DNA from: an uncultured virus (IMG/VR IMGVR_UViG_2675903599_000007)
Lineage: Duplodnaviria > Heunggongvirae > Uroviricota > Caudoviricetes
Direction: 5' to 3' (one strand)
IMG/VR virus record: IMGVR_UViG_2675903599_000007
DNA: 64,000 nucleotides
Positions 9,804 to 19,963 of the stretch are shown here, one piece after another. The position numbers and the translations under genes were made by a program. The notes below the pieces were generated by a model. It was not told where the DNA came from, ran no database searches, and was given only the letters and a program-made list of their open reading frames with translations. How positions within the stretch are numbered: the stretch's first letter is position 1; every line of letters begins with the position of its first letter.

Positions 9804-10364
9804 GTGAAAAAAATGAACCGTACACTCCACAAATGTTGTCTGTCGGGGCTTATCAGCCTGGCTTTGTGTGCACCTGTTCCGGCCGTGTATGCCGCCAGCA
9901 TCGAGACGGGATATTCTCCGGAAGGAACGGCTCTGCAGTTGGTCCTGAAGACTATTGATTCTGCGCAGCAGGAAATCCGACTGATGGGGTATTCCTTTAC
10001 CTCGCCTGAAGTCGCCGGTGCGCTTGTCAGGGCAAAGCGGCGTGGTGTCGATGTGAAAGTGGTTCTGGACTGGAAAGCCAATACCGGCAAGCAAAACCAG
10101 GCGAGCCTGGCGGCCATGAATCTTCTGGTCAATGCCGGCATCCCGGTTCGCACAGTGTCGCAGTACAAAATCATGCACGACAAAGTCATCATTGCCGACG
10201 GCCGCAATATTGAAGTCGGGTCTTTTAACTACACCCGCGCCGCTGATCGGGTAAATTCAGAGAACGTGCTTGTCGTATGGGATGATCCAGTCGTTGCTCA
10301 ACGCTATCTGCAGCACTGGTTGACTCGCTGGTCGCAGGGTACGGACTGGAAACGGGCTTATTAA
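9804..10364 (+). CDS. nuc: Secreted phospholipase D-family endonuclease Nuc
   Basis: Signal peptide; single HKD motif MHDKVIIAD...GSFNYT...NSEN. Confidence 0.88.
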   Translation: MKKMNRTLHKCCLSGLISLALCAPVPAVYAASIETGYSPEGTALQLVLKTIDSAQQEIRLMGYSFTSPEVAGALVRAKRRGVDVKVVLDWKANTGKQNQASLAAMNLLVNAGIPVRTVSQYKIMHDKVIIADGRNIEVGSFNYTRAADRVNSENVLVVWDDPVVAQRYLQHWLTRWSQGTDWKRAY

Positions 10365-10684
10365 TGCTCCTCAGACATAAAACGAGCATCAATACGGTTT
10401 ACTTACGTCCATGCTAAAGCGCCTGGTCCGCCCGTCGCTCGTATCTTATCTCTTAAGCCTTGCCCCTGAAGGTACTCACTTTTAGTTCAGGATGGGGCTA
10501 CTATCCCACTCTCTTAAAAGAGGACATAGGCATCTCATTCAGTTGAAATTTGTACGCCAATACAAATTACAATTTTAGAAAGGATCTCTTGCAAATTGAA
10601 AGTAAGTTATTGATTTGCAGGATCTGAGAGTTCTGTAGTATCCTCCGTTCCGAAGACATTTCTGAGGTGTCAGGAGAGCGATAA

Positions 10685-10963
10685 ATGTCACGTTCAGCAG
10701 ATAAAACCACTTCCTCTACGAATGCAAAACGTGCATACCGGAAAGGTAAGCCAATGTCTGCCAGTGAGAGGCAGCTTGCTGCAATTGCGCGGAAACGCGA
10801 AACTCATAAAGAAGTTAAGGTTTTTGTTAAAAACCCACTAAAGGACGTGATGATAGCGGTTTGTGAGGAAGAAGGTCTGACACAAGCCCAGTTTATCGAG
10901 AAACTCCTCGAGCGAGAGCTTACAGAACGTGGTCTTATAGATGTAAAGACTTCACATTCTTGA
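10685..10963 (+). CDS. copB: IncFII replication regulator CopB/RepA2
   Basis: [16 protein letters not shown]...RKRETHKE motif; upstream of CopA-tap-repA. Confidence 0.88.
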   Translation: MSRSADKTTSSTNAKRAYRKGKPMSASERQLAAIARKRETHKEVKVFVKNPLKDVMIAVCEEEGLTQAQFIEKLLERELTERGLIDVKTSHS

Positions 10964-11071
10964 TCATGTTTTTATTGAGTGCTAGATTGTTGATGGTCTG
11001 AATAATTTTGGGTGTGCCACGCCCTAAGGTGGCAGGGAACTGGTTCTGATGAGGTATCTACCCGGGACCAG

Positions 11072-11163
11072 AAAAGCAAAAACCCCGATAATCTTCTTCA
11101 ATCTTGGCGGAAGGAAAAGATTAACGGGGCCTTCATAAACTGCATAGAACGTGTTGCTCTATG
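11072..11163 (-). ncRNA. copA: CopA antisense RNA (ends approximate)
   Basis: Hairpin CCCCGATAATCTTCTTCAATCTTGGCGGAAGGAAAAGATTAACGGGG (11083-11129) matches CopA/CopT of R1-type replicons. Confidence 0.85.
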
Positions 11164-11179
11164 CGGGGAGTATATGTAC

Positions 11180-11257
11180 ATGCTCAGAAAACTTCAAGAT
11201 CAGTTTCTGTGTCATTCGCTCCTTCCGTGCAACATAAGCGCAGGAAGCGGTGACTGA
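11180..11257 (+). CDS. tap: RepA leader peptide Tap
   Basis: 25 aa [25 protein letters not shown], stop overlapping the repA GTG. Confidence 0.85.
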   Translation: MLRKLQDQFLCHSLLPCNISAGSGD

Positions 11258-12107
11258 TATCCTTCAAAACCACTATTCACAGGTTAAAAACCCGAATCCG
11301 GTATTCACGCCGCGTGAAGGGAAAAAGACCCTGCCGTTCTGCCGTAAGCTGATGGCGAAAGCCGAAGGCTTCACGTCCCGTTTTGATTTTTCCATTCATG
11401 TGGCGTTTTTGCGTTCGCTGGGTAAGCGGCACAGGATGCCACCCCTGTTGCGCCGGCGTGCAATTGACGCGCTACTGCAGGCAATGTGTTTTCACTATGA
11501 TCCGCTGGCCAATCGCGTGCAGCGCTCGATTACCAATATGGCCATCGAGTGTGGACTGGCCACCGAGTCCAGGAGCGGCAACCTGTCAGTCAGCCGTGCC
11601 ACCCGGGCGCTGAAGTTTCTGGCCGAGCTGGGGCTCATCACCTATCAGACTGAATATGACCCGCAGATCGGCTGTAACATCCCGACCGATATCACCTTCA
11701 CCCCGGCTCTGTTTTCCGCGCTTGACGTTTCTGAGGTGGCTGTGGTGGCCGCGCGCCGCAGCCGTGTGGAGTGGGAAAACCTGCAGCGCAAAAAGCAGAA
11801 ACTGAAACCCCTGGAGATGGACGAACTGATCGCAAAAGCGTGGCGGTTTGTGCGTGAGCGTTTTCGCAGCTATCAGGCTGAGCGTAAATCTCACGGCCGT
11901 AAGCGGGATACTGCACGGCGGGATGCATCACGGCAGCGTCATGACATCGAGACGCGCGTGCGTCAGCAACTGACCCGCGAATACGCCACCGGCCGCTTCA
12001 TGGGCGATAAAGAAGCGCTGAAGCGTGAGGTTGAGCGCCGTGTGCAGGAGCGCATGCTGCTGTCGCGCGGGAACAACTACACGCGACTGGCCACTGTCCC
12101 CCTATAA
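11250..12107 (+). CDS. repA: IncFII replication initiator RepA1
   Basis: [41 protein letters not shown] motifs. Confidence 0.96.
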   Translation: MTDILQNHYSQVKNPNPVFTPREGKKTLPFCRKLMAKAEGFTSRFDFSIHVAFLRSLGKRHRMPPLLRRRAIDALLQAMCFHYDPLANRVQRSITNMAIECGLATESRSGNLSVSRATRALKFLAELGLITYQTEYDPQIGCNIPTDITFTPALFSALDVSEVAVVAARRSRVEWENLQRKKQKLKPLEMDELIAKAWRFVRERFRSYQAERKSHGRKRDTARRDASRQRHDIETRVRQQLTREYATGRFMGDKEALKREVERRVQERMLLSRGNNYTRLATVPL

Positions 12108-12280
12108 CATTCCTTCCTTAAAAAATCCGGCCGGCGCCGGAGGCTTTCGCACGCCTGTTGGCCGGCTACTACGTATTATCTTATCTTCAGGCCTGCTTTC
12201 CTCACCATAATTCCGGTCTTCCTTGCGTCAACGTGGCCTTAAATGTTATCGCCGGCGTCACTTCTGACGGCCGATTTCTG

Positions 12281-12430
12281 TTATCCACATATAACTGCAA
12301 GGGAGTATTTCATTAGGCTACAACCGTGATACGTACAAAGCACATGCCGTCGGACTTTCAGGGCGCGTGGTTCCTTTTAAACACCAGCTCTGTATCTCTT
12401 TTAAAGATCCTTTAATAAATCCTGTAAACA
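12281..12430. other. IncFII origin region (DnaA box then AT-rich tract)
   Basis: TTATCCACA 12281-12289 downstream of repA; AT-rich tract near 12395-12430. Confidence 0.7.
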
Positions 12431-12569
12431 CATAACCTGTTCATCGCCTGCCCTGTGGACAGGCTGCGGAGAGTGCCCGCCCTTGCAGCGACCTGACGGT
12501 CGCGCCGGTTCGGCAACATCAGAGAGAGCTCCCATCGCTGCGCGACGGGCCCCGACCGGAGAACCACAT

Positions 12570-12712
12570 TAGTTACAGCATTCAAAAGGAAATCCGTCAT
12601 AAAACCGGCGCCGGTTTGCCAGCCGGGAGCCCCTCCCCACCACTGAAAAGCGCCGCCGCCCCCGGCCGAAGGCCGGGAGTAGTGTCGCTTTTAATGATGG
12701 GTGTTGTAACTA
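12570..12712. other. Inverted pair of Tus/Ter replication terminators
   Basis: TAGTTACAGCAT 12570-12581 and GTGTTGTAACTA 12701-12712 match the Ter core in opposite orientations. Confidence 0.7.
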
Positions 12713-12759
12713 TTCTTCTTCATCGCTGTGGGTGGTGCTGTGGTCAGTTGTTTAGTACA

Positions 12760-12852
12760 CGCTCGTAAGCGGCCCTGCGGCCCGCTAACGCGGAGATACG
12801 CCCCGACTGCGGCTGTCGCCTTGTCGGGACCACTCCGACCGCGTACAGAGGC
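12760..12852. other. Probable single-strand initiation (G-site-like) signal
   Basis: Multi-hairpin GC-rich block about 480 bp beyond the DnaA box, where IncFII plasmids carry a primase G-site; mostly positional inference. Confidence 0.45.
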
Positions 12853-13372
12853 GTCTGAGCTGTTTTAAGCGGGTATGGCTTTGCAGCTACCGTGTTAAGT
12901 TCCCTGGTGTCGCTGAAATAGTTGATGAACATCCCCCTAAGCGTCAGCAGCAAGCTGCCGCCGCTAAGGCCCCGGAAATCACGCCCTTTACGTCGTAAAC
13001 GCCGTAAAGCCCGCTCACCGGGGTTAAAAGGGATTACTTTGACTTCTTCATTGCTGTTAGATGGTTAAGGCTAATCAGGGCAGGGGGTAGGGTGGCAGAG
13101 TTTATAGCCAGGTAACCGGCTACGCCGGGCTTTCGGCGCCATTTGACTCCACAGACACATGTAACCTCATCTGGCGCCTCCATGCCGCTGACGCGGCATC
13201 CAGAAGTTTCCCGATGCTGTAAGTCTTAACGTCTGCTTTGTGCCAGAAGCGGACACTGTTCACAATATCGAGTTAATCATTGGATATGTTGATCGCTCCC
13301 ATTGAAAAATTTCACATTATCCAATATATCATTGTTGAGGCTTCCCTCTTACACCTCTAAAGGATAACTATC

Positions 13373-13501
13373 ATGGGTCTTAAACCTGGTCCAAAACCAA
13401 TTGCTAAATCGACAGGAAAACCGGATCAACGTCGACGTGATAATAAAGATACTCCTGGTAATACCCCGGGACTAAAGCCTAGTAAATCTACAGGGAAATA
13501 A
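13373..13501 (+). CDS. 42-aa basic microprotein (not in ORF track)
   Basis: AAGGA RBS; MGLKPGPKPIAKSTGKPDQRRRDNKDTPGNTPGLKPSKSTGK; hairpin at about 13507-13537 follows. Confidence 0.6.
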   Translation: MGLKPGPKPIAKSTGKPDQRRRDNKDTPGNTPGLKPSKSTGK

Positions 13502-13553
13502 AAAATTCAGGGTATATATGTCTTATTTATACCCTGATTACATATCCAGATTA

Positions 13554-15749
13554 CTAAAGATGTTTCTGCAACCAGATGCGCGTACCTTCTGTTTCATACG
13601 CCTTTGCACCATACCCTTTCGCAAGAAGGGACTCTGGTAAATACTCGTCATATTTATCTAAGTACTTTTCTGGAACATCTGTGGCAAGATCAAATGCAGA
13701 TGGCAAGCCTGACAACAGCATTTCTTTCAGCGCGTGCTGAACGGAAGCTACACTGGAGTTATCGATTTCTATAACGCCAGCAAATGAATTTGCTTTAAAA
13801 CCACAACGTATGAGCAAGGCTGTAATCGTATTGACAACTTTATCCCCCATCCAGGGTATTACGTAACAGTGTTGTCCACTCGTAATAAAACACTCATTTT
13901 GAAGTTTAAAACGCTGAAAGTTACTACAGCCTTCCGCAAATAGGTTTCTGGCGGCAGTATCGGCATAATCTACTTTCTTGCTACCTATTGCTATGCGGTA
14001 ATCACCTTCCCTATAGATAGCGAGCATTTCCTGACGAACGGCATCATGAACAGACATACCTCCCCCACTAAATTGTGGTGGCTGACCGCCTTTGGTTGCC
14101 TCTACATAGATAACTTTTTTCTCTGTCTCGATCTCTGTCACTTTCCAGCGCCGCCCACCGAAGATGATGTGTTGGTCTGGTAGCAGTGGGGAGTCCACAG
14201 GCACTGTTCCAAGGGTTCTGTTTCCGGTGATAATGCGGAACTCTTCTGGTGTATTGAACACGGCATAAAAAGTGTAATGGTTAGTCAGTTTCTCCCCCTC
14301 TGCCCCAACAACCATTTCGCCGCTAGCAAGTTGAGTGAGTAGGCCACATGCTCCCATATGTTTAAGCAGGCTTTTGAAATCGTTTAAATCTACATTTCTG
14401 AACGGCCCTGTCTGGCATAGTTGTGACCAGAGCTGGTCGGCACGAACTCCACCCCATTGTGCGGTAATTGCAAGAATCTGGTGTAGCAGCGTGGAGTAAT
14501 GCATCTGCCGGGAATCGGCAGGCTCAAACCATTGTTTAGAGATCATCAACCTGATCATTGCCATCGACTGCACCAACTGGAGTCGTAGGTGATCAACGAT
14601 ACTGCTACTCACAGTAAGCTCATTTTCTGTAATTAGCATTCTGAGTACTGACGGGGAATCGCGTCGCCCAGAACGCCCCATTCGCTGGCGCAAACTGGAA
14701 ACAGAATGCGGAGGCGTAACTTGGATAACCGATTTAACCTTACCGATATCAATTCCCAACTCAAGCGTCATTGTACAAACAGCTGTTGTGGGCAAATTTC
14801 CTTTCTGAAGACGAGATTCAAGCACCTCACGTAATTCCTTGGCAAGGGAACCATGGTGGGGGAAAAATTCATTCGGAACAATTTGTTCCTCACACATGTC
14901 GCTCAGCGTTGCCGCAATGCTTTCAGTGCGTTTTCGGCTGTTTGCAAAGACCAAATGAGAATCGCCACGGCAAAGTCTAAAAATGTCAGCGCAAACGTCA
15001 TGTTCAGCTGAACTCTGAAGTTCTTCCTCATTTTGGATCACTCGCTCCAGGTACCCTTTGACCTGTACCTGAAGAGTGGCCATGCTATTACTATCTGTAA
15101 CAGTTACGCAGGGGAGTCGTTTGTCCGGGCGCAACATTTCGGGCACTTTCTCCAGTTCCCCCAGCGTGGCACTCAACGCAACGCGGGGAATTGGATTTAC
15201 CTGGCATCCTAGCACATGGTCAATTCTATTGAGCAGAGAAAGCAGCTGTACACCACGCTCTGAACCAATAAAAGCATGAAACTCATCAATAACGATGTAT
15301 GCGACTGAAGAAAACGCCTGTTTGAGCCAGCCCATTGAATTTATGAGCAAAGACTCAAGTGACTCAGGTGTAATCAGTAAAATGCCAGCAGGGTTCGTCC
15401 GAGCCTTCTTCTTTTTGCTTTGTGGTACATCCCCGTGCCAGGGAGTCACTGGCATTTCCAATGCATCTCCAAGGCTCCCAAGACGACGGTACTGATCGTT
15501 AATCAATGCCTTCAACGGACTGATATAGACGATGCCAAATCCATTCGTGAGATCTGCAACTGCCGAACAGGCAGGAAGAAAGAAAGCCTCTGTTTTACCC
15601 GCTGCTGTACCTGCACTGATTAGCACGTCTCGATCACGGGCTAAAATTGCCGGGATAGAACTCTCCTGCAAGGGCCTTAATGTCGACCACCCCTGCTTGT
15701 AAACCCACTTACGGACGCGGGGATCGAGGCTATCGTAGGCACTGCTCAT
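13554..15749 (-). CDS. sngC: Lhr-like DEAD/DEAH helicase, Shango SngC-like
   Basis: GTAAGKTE, ISPLKAL, DEFH, SAT, TLELGIDIG, QRMGRSGRR motifs; overlaps upstream ATPase stop. Confidence 0.85.
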   Translation of the reverse strand: MSSAYDSLDPRVRKWVYKQGWSTLRPLQESSIPAILARDRDVLISAGTAAGKTEAFFLPACSAVADLTNGFGIVYISPLKALINDQYRRLGSLGDALEMPVTPWHGDVPQSKKKKARTNPAGILLITPESLESLLINSMGWLKQAFSSVAYIVIDEFHAFIGSERGVQLLSLLNRIDHVLGCQVNPIPRVALSATLGELEKVPEMLRPDKRLPCVTVTDSNSMATLQVQVKGYLERVIQNEEELQSSAEHDVCADIFRLCRGDSHLVFANSRKRTESIAATLSDMCEEQIVPNEFFPHHGSLAKELREVLESRLQKGNLPTTAVCTMTLELGIDIGKVKSVIQVTPPHSVSSLRQRMGRSGRRDSPSVLRMLITENELTVSSSIVDHLRLQLVQSMAMIRLMISKQWFEPADSRQMHYSTLLHQILAITAQWGGVRADQLWSQLCQTGPFRNVDLNDFKSLLKHMGACGLLTQLASGEMVVGAEGEKLTNHYTFYAVFNTPEEFRIITGNRTLGTVPVDSPLLPDQHIIFGGRRWKVTEIETEKKVIYVEATKGGQPPQFSGGGMSVHDAVRQEMLAIYREGDYRIAIGSKKVDYADTAARNLFAEGCSNFQRFKLQNECFITSGQHCYVIPWMGDKVVNTITALLIRCGFKANSFAGVIEIDNSSVASVQHALKEMLLSGLPSAFDLATDVPEKYLDKYDEYLPESLLAKGYGAKAYETEGTRIWLQKHL

Positions 15750-17062
15750 AGTTTGAAGTTCGCCAGTCCGTCGTCGTCATCGCTTTCCTCCGTAGTGGTG
15801 TCATCCATATCGCTGGGCCGGTCCTCTTCAATCGCCACACCCTCGATTAGTGTTTGCCAGTTCATCGTTCTGTTTTGTTCCAGCACGGCCAGCATGTCCA
15901 GGAAACCTTTTATGGTATTACGGGGGGTACGGAAGTAAGCGTCTCCAATGGTTTTACTACAGTGATGCAGGAATCCAGTCAGTGCCTCATCTGGTACCAG
16001 ATAATTCTCTGGATCTCCACCGGCATAAACATGACGAAGATTTCTCAGCAAAATATACAGTTCCTCAGGGGTGAGGCTGGCAAGATGCAAAGTGGGGGAT
16101 GAGTAGTCAATCACTCCTGCTTTTTGCGCGAACCGGTTTTCCGCCAGACGCGACTGGAGCGCCTCATAGCTGTAAAGACCTTTACGCGGATCGAAAAGAA
16201 ACTCTGGCGTACCCCCGAGGATAAAACCAATGTTCTCGGCTGAGCCTTGCAGGCAGTCATTCAGGATCCGCAAAATCTGTTCGTAGTTCGCTGTTCTTGC
16301 TTGCGTATTATTCAGCTTCAAGAGGTTCACCATTTCGTCGAGGCTGACCAAAAGACCGGCATAGCCTGCCTGGCGGACAAAAAGGCTCATCAGCTTCAAA
16401 GAATCATAGAATGATGCGTCTGAGATAATAGTCCGAACGTCGAGATCGTGACGGGCATCAGTTTTAGTAGTGTACTCTCCACGCAACCAGCGAATGGCAT
16501 TGGATTTTAGCGTTTCGTTATCCTGCTCATGCCCCCGCCAGAATGCATCAATGACCTTCGCAAAGTCATATCCACCGACCATATCTGATAGTGCTGCCAG
16601 GCGTTTATGAATAACTGATGAAACCTCGGAGCCGTCCGTGTCAGCTTCCTTCCTTGCCTCCGTAACGAACCTTTCAACAACGCTAAGTAACGCATTACCA
16701 TCCGGCTTGTTTCTGGTGGACATGTTTTTCATGAGCTCAGAATAAAGATTACGAGCCTGACCTCCCGATGAGTGAATACGTCTGTCAGGAGAAAGGTCAG
16801 CACTGACTGACACCAACTTCTTCTCCAGCGCAATAGAGCGCACAACACTCAGAAAGAACGTTTTACCAGAACCATATTCACCGATGATAAGTCTGAAGCT
16901 TGCACCACCGTCAGCAATCCTCTCAATATCCTGATGGAGAGCGGTGATCTCATTCACGCGGCCAACCTGGATATGCTGAATGCCTATCCTTGGCGTTACA
17001 CCTGACTTAAGTGACTGAATAATAGCGTCGCGTTCTTTCACTCTTATACGTGTTACAGACAT
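15746..17062 (-). CDS. sngB: P-loop ATPase (DUF2791/BrxD-like), Shango SngB-like
   Basis: SLKSGVTP, Walker A GEYGSGKT, Walker B LLVSLDE, YEALQSRL. Confidence 0.85.
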   Translation of the reverse strand: MSVTRIRVKERDAIIQSLKSGVTPRIGIQHIQVGRVNEITALHQDIERIADGGASFRLIIGEYGSGKTFFLSVVRSIALEKKLVSVSADLSPDRRIHSSGGQARNLYSELMKNMSTRNKPDGNALLSVVERFVTEARKEADTDGSEVSSVIHKRLAALSDMVGGYDFAKVIDAFWRGHEQDNETLKSNAIRWLRGEYTTKTDARHDLDVRTIISDASFYDSLKLMSLFVRQAGYAGLLVSLDEMVNLLKLNNTQARTANYEQILRILNDCLQGSAENIGFILGGTPEFLFDPRKGLYSYEALQSRLAENRFAQKAGVIDYSSPTLHLASLTPEELYILLRNLRHVYAGGDPENYLVPDEALTGFLHHCSKTIGDAYFRTPRNTIKGFLDMLAVLEQNRTMNWQTLIEGVAIEEDRPSDMDDTTTEESDDDDGLANFKL

Positions 17063-17065
17063 TCA

Positions 17066-19375
17066 CTATCCCTCTAATTCTTTGGCAATTTCCAGGTCAA
17101 CCCAGATATCATCATCGGCATCGTCCAGTACTGGAGCATCAACCACCGCATAGGACCAGTCATTGATCACCTCAAGCGCACCGCCGAGCATCAAATTCAA
17201 ATTTCCGCACAATTCTGTCGCCTCTTTTCGGGACCACTGTTCTTTCTCCAGCAAACTGCGATAAAGCTGGCTATGTGCGGAGTCAAGTCCCCCCGCCTCC
17301 GTTGATGAGGCTGGAGCGCTTTCTGGCTCTTCCGGTTCTTCTTCGGTGAAAATTGTGTTCAGCAATTTACGAACATCATCCGTGGCAGATTCGTGGCGGG
17401 CAAGTACATTAGCATCCAGTGTGAACCCTGCTGCTGGCTGATCAGTTGGTACAGACGAGACGAGATCATGTTCAGTTGCGGAATGCTGATGGATATTGCT
17501 CGAGACAGATGAGGGATCCAGCCCCAAACTTGAATAAATCTTCTCAAGCTGTTTGATTTCGGCAGGCGCTATTGTCCCATCCGAACAGGCAACACTAACG
17601 ATAACCTTACCCACAGCAGCTTTTTCCGCGGCCCCCATCAACTCAATCCTACTTTTCATTCCTGTCATATTGGCTGGGGTATGAAGTTGCCACGTTAAAT
17701 ACGCATGTAGAGAGCGTTTTTCATCATCGGTGAAGCCAGGATTGTTGTTGATGGCATTCTCAAGCACTTTCTGTTCAGCTTGATCAAGAGAATCGTCAAT
17801 CAAGGCGACCATCGCCCCTAATCTGAGCGTCATTACGGCTGAGATAAATTCAGGAGAAGGTGAGAAGCGTCCACCTTCGGCGGCAGGGAATAGAACAAGT
17901 GTCCCATCAACATCCGCCTTCACATGGTGATAATACGGGTCAGGTGCCAGACCGTAACCCATCTTCAGAGCAAAGGCCTGCATCAAATCGGCCTCTTTTT
18001 TATTGATCTTATTGGGGCAACTGGCATTCATATGTGCCCAAAAGTCAGCAACTGAGACTAACCCCTCCTTGACGAGGATCGCCTCATCAGCCCAGCGTTT
18101 GAATGAGCTTAATATTTTTTCTGCGCTTTCATTAACTATCTCTGAAGGGAGCAGCATAATTGCAGCCGTATCATTGACTGACGTACCTTTCCTACCAAGG
18201 TAGCGACTATAAGCATCAAGTTCATCTGTACATATATCGGCAAGAGCCATAATTTTCTGGACAGGGCTCTTCAACGCACTTGGATCAGGCAGGTCGGGAA
18301 CAGGAAGTCGAACACCTCGCAAACTAGGACTTGCTGGTGTGTAATCTAACCTCAGGCGCGTTTTATTCGCCTTAACGACCATCCCTTCACCATATTTGAG
18401 GGTGTAACGCCGTTTGAAAAGTGCAGCAAACTCTTTAGCACAGCGGCGAGCCGGGGTACGCAGCGAATACTCGGTGTGGTTTATTACCCAGTTCAACGCC
18501 AGTTCAGCTGATACAGGAACTCCTTCATGTACAGTTTTTGCAAGAGCCAGCTTAAATTGCATGCTGTTGCTGAAACCTGAATTGCTATCGAGCTCAGTGG
18601 CTAAGCCCATGTTCGGGCGCAGAATAGACATGGCTTCGAGTAATTGGGTCGAATATCCACGGAAGGAGCGGTTCTCAATGAATATCGATCTTAACCGAGC
18701 GACTTCATTGAACAGATTACGGAACTCAGCATCAGGGAATTTTGGGTCAGTGGAATCTACGAGCGCTTTTCTTTCCAGGCCGTAGAGGTAGATAAAAACA
18801 TAGCCGATAGGACACGATGGATCAGACCTATCGCTGGCAAGCCAACTGACATACGCACCGCGTGCTTCTGGGGAAAGAGAGGAAAAACTGGGCCAGTATC
18901 CTAATGAACTGTCCTCGTAAAGATAAGAAGTAGGTTTTATCTTACATGTGTCATCAATTAATGATGCCTCACTTCCATCGTCATAATAGCCGCCTGATTC
19001 CTGACCGGAGGGCTTCATACGTTGCCCCACGTAAATGTGGCCACCGCTAATTGCTACACCAGCTACAGTTATCATCTCACCCGGAAGTACCCATCGAGCT
19101 AGTGCACCTGCTGACTTTGAGGTGTTGCGGTAATGATTGGTTGTCACCCGAAGTTCAACACCCCGGCCACCGCTCAATGTAAAAGTTGCAAGGTTATCGT
19201 CTTCACTATCATCGTTTCGCACAACCGCCTCTTTTTTCTTGATGTCAGCGAGCCATTCTTTTGGCGGTGCTTTCACGGGGTCTGAAGCATAAGACTTTGG
19301 AGATTTACGTTTTTTCTTTCTAAAAAACAACAAGTAAATGACAAAAATCGCCGCCAAAAAATTCAATAACTCCAT
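17066..19375 (-). CDS. sngA: TerB-N/TerB/TerB-C protein with N-terminal TM anchor, Shango SngA-like
   Basis: YWPSFSSLSPEARGAYVSWLA and IGYVFIYLYGLER (TerB-N); DGTIAPAE (TerB); GGALEVINDWS (TerB-C); alternative start 19396. Confidence 0.85.
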   Translation of the reverse strand: MELLNFLAAIFVIYLLFFRKKKRKSPKSYASDPVKAPPKEWLADIKKKEAVVRNDDSEDDNLATFTLSGGRGVELRVTTNHYRNTSKSAGALARWVLPGEMITVAGVAISGGHIYVGQRMKPSGQESGGYYDDGSEASLIDDTCKIKPTSYLYEDSSLGYWPSFSSLSPEARGAYVSWLASDRSDPSCPIGYVFIYLYGLERKALVDSTDPKFPDAEFRNLFNEVARLRSIFIENRSFRGYSTQLLEAMSILRPNMGLATELDSNSGFSNSMQFKLALAKTVHEGVPVSAELALNWVINHTEYSLRTPARRCAKEFAALFKRRYTLKYGEGMVVKANKTRLRLDYTPASPSLRGVRLPVPDLPDPSALKSPVQKIMALADICTDELDAYSRYLGRKGTSVNDTAAIMLLPSEIVNESAEKILSSFKRWADEAILVKEGLVSVADFWAHMNASCPNKINKKEADLMQAFALKMGYGLAPDPYYHHVKADVDGTLVLFPAAEGGRFSPSPEFISAVMTLRLGAMVALIDDSLDQAEQKVLENAINNNPGFTDDEKRSLHAYLTWQLHTPANMTGMKSRIELMGAAEKAAVGKVIVSVACSDGTIAPAEIKQLEKIYSSLGLDPSSVSSNIHQHSATEHDLVSSVPTDQPAAGFTLDANVLARHESATDDVRKLLNTIFTEEEPEEPESAPASSTEAGGLDSAHSQLYRSLLEKEQWSRKEATELCGNLNLMLGGALEVINDWSYAVVDAPVLDDADDDIWVDLEIAKELEG

Positions 19376-19963
19376 GATATATAACCTTAAAATCATTCTT
19401 CACGCATATTTACAAGCAGTGATGAAGGCAGGGCAAGTGGATTAATCTCAAAATAATACTTCTAAATTGCGAGGGTTAAAAGCAAATCACAATTAAAATT
19501 AACCCAATGATTTAAATGATAAAAATCATTTAATAATGTGTTTAACCAGCAGTGAAATTTTAAGGTGTTAAAACCTGTTAGGCGATTCGTCTCTAAATGA
19601 TGTTGTACTACTGCTACGTTAACATGCGAGCAAATGTACTGCGGATGCACATCTGACCACTGTATGATGATACTTACCTATTCGCTGAGAATCTCGGCAA
19701 CTTTATGGCAGGGAAGCTTTTAGAGACTATACCGTCTCGAATTTCCGTTTATCGCTCTCAGCAGACCTTCAGCATCCTAAGCTTGTCTGCTGTAGGCCAG
19801 GAGCGGTCATTTATACGTAGTAGCTCAATGACTGCTTCGTACATAAAGCTGTCATTGGACTTTCTGACCTTACAAGGTAATCTGGCTTGCAAGGAAGCCG
19901 ACCTTGCGGGACCGGTATAACGCACTGTTATATGCCATAGGAGGACTAGTGGAAACGACAGAC

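Noticed and set aside
11012..11257. 81-aa ORF upstream of repA
   Set aside because: Only the last 25 codons (tap) are credible; the rest spans the CopA/CopT region.
13085..13225. GC-rich hairpins after the FII origin as a possible sRNA or IS end
   Set aside because: Could not assign a family or boundaries from sequence alone.
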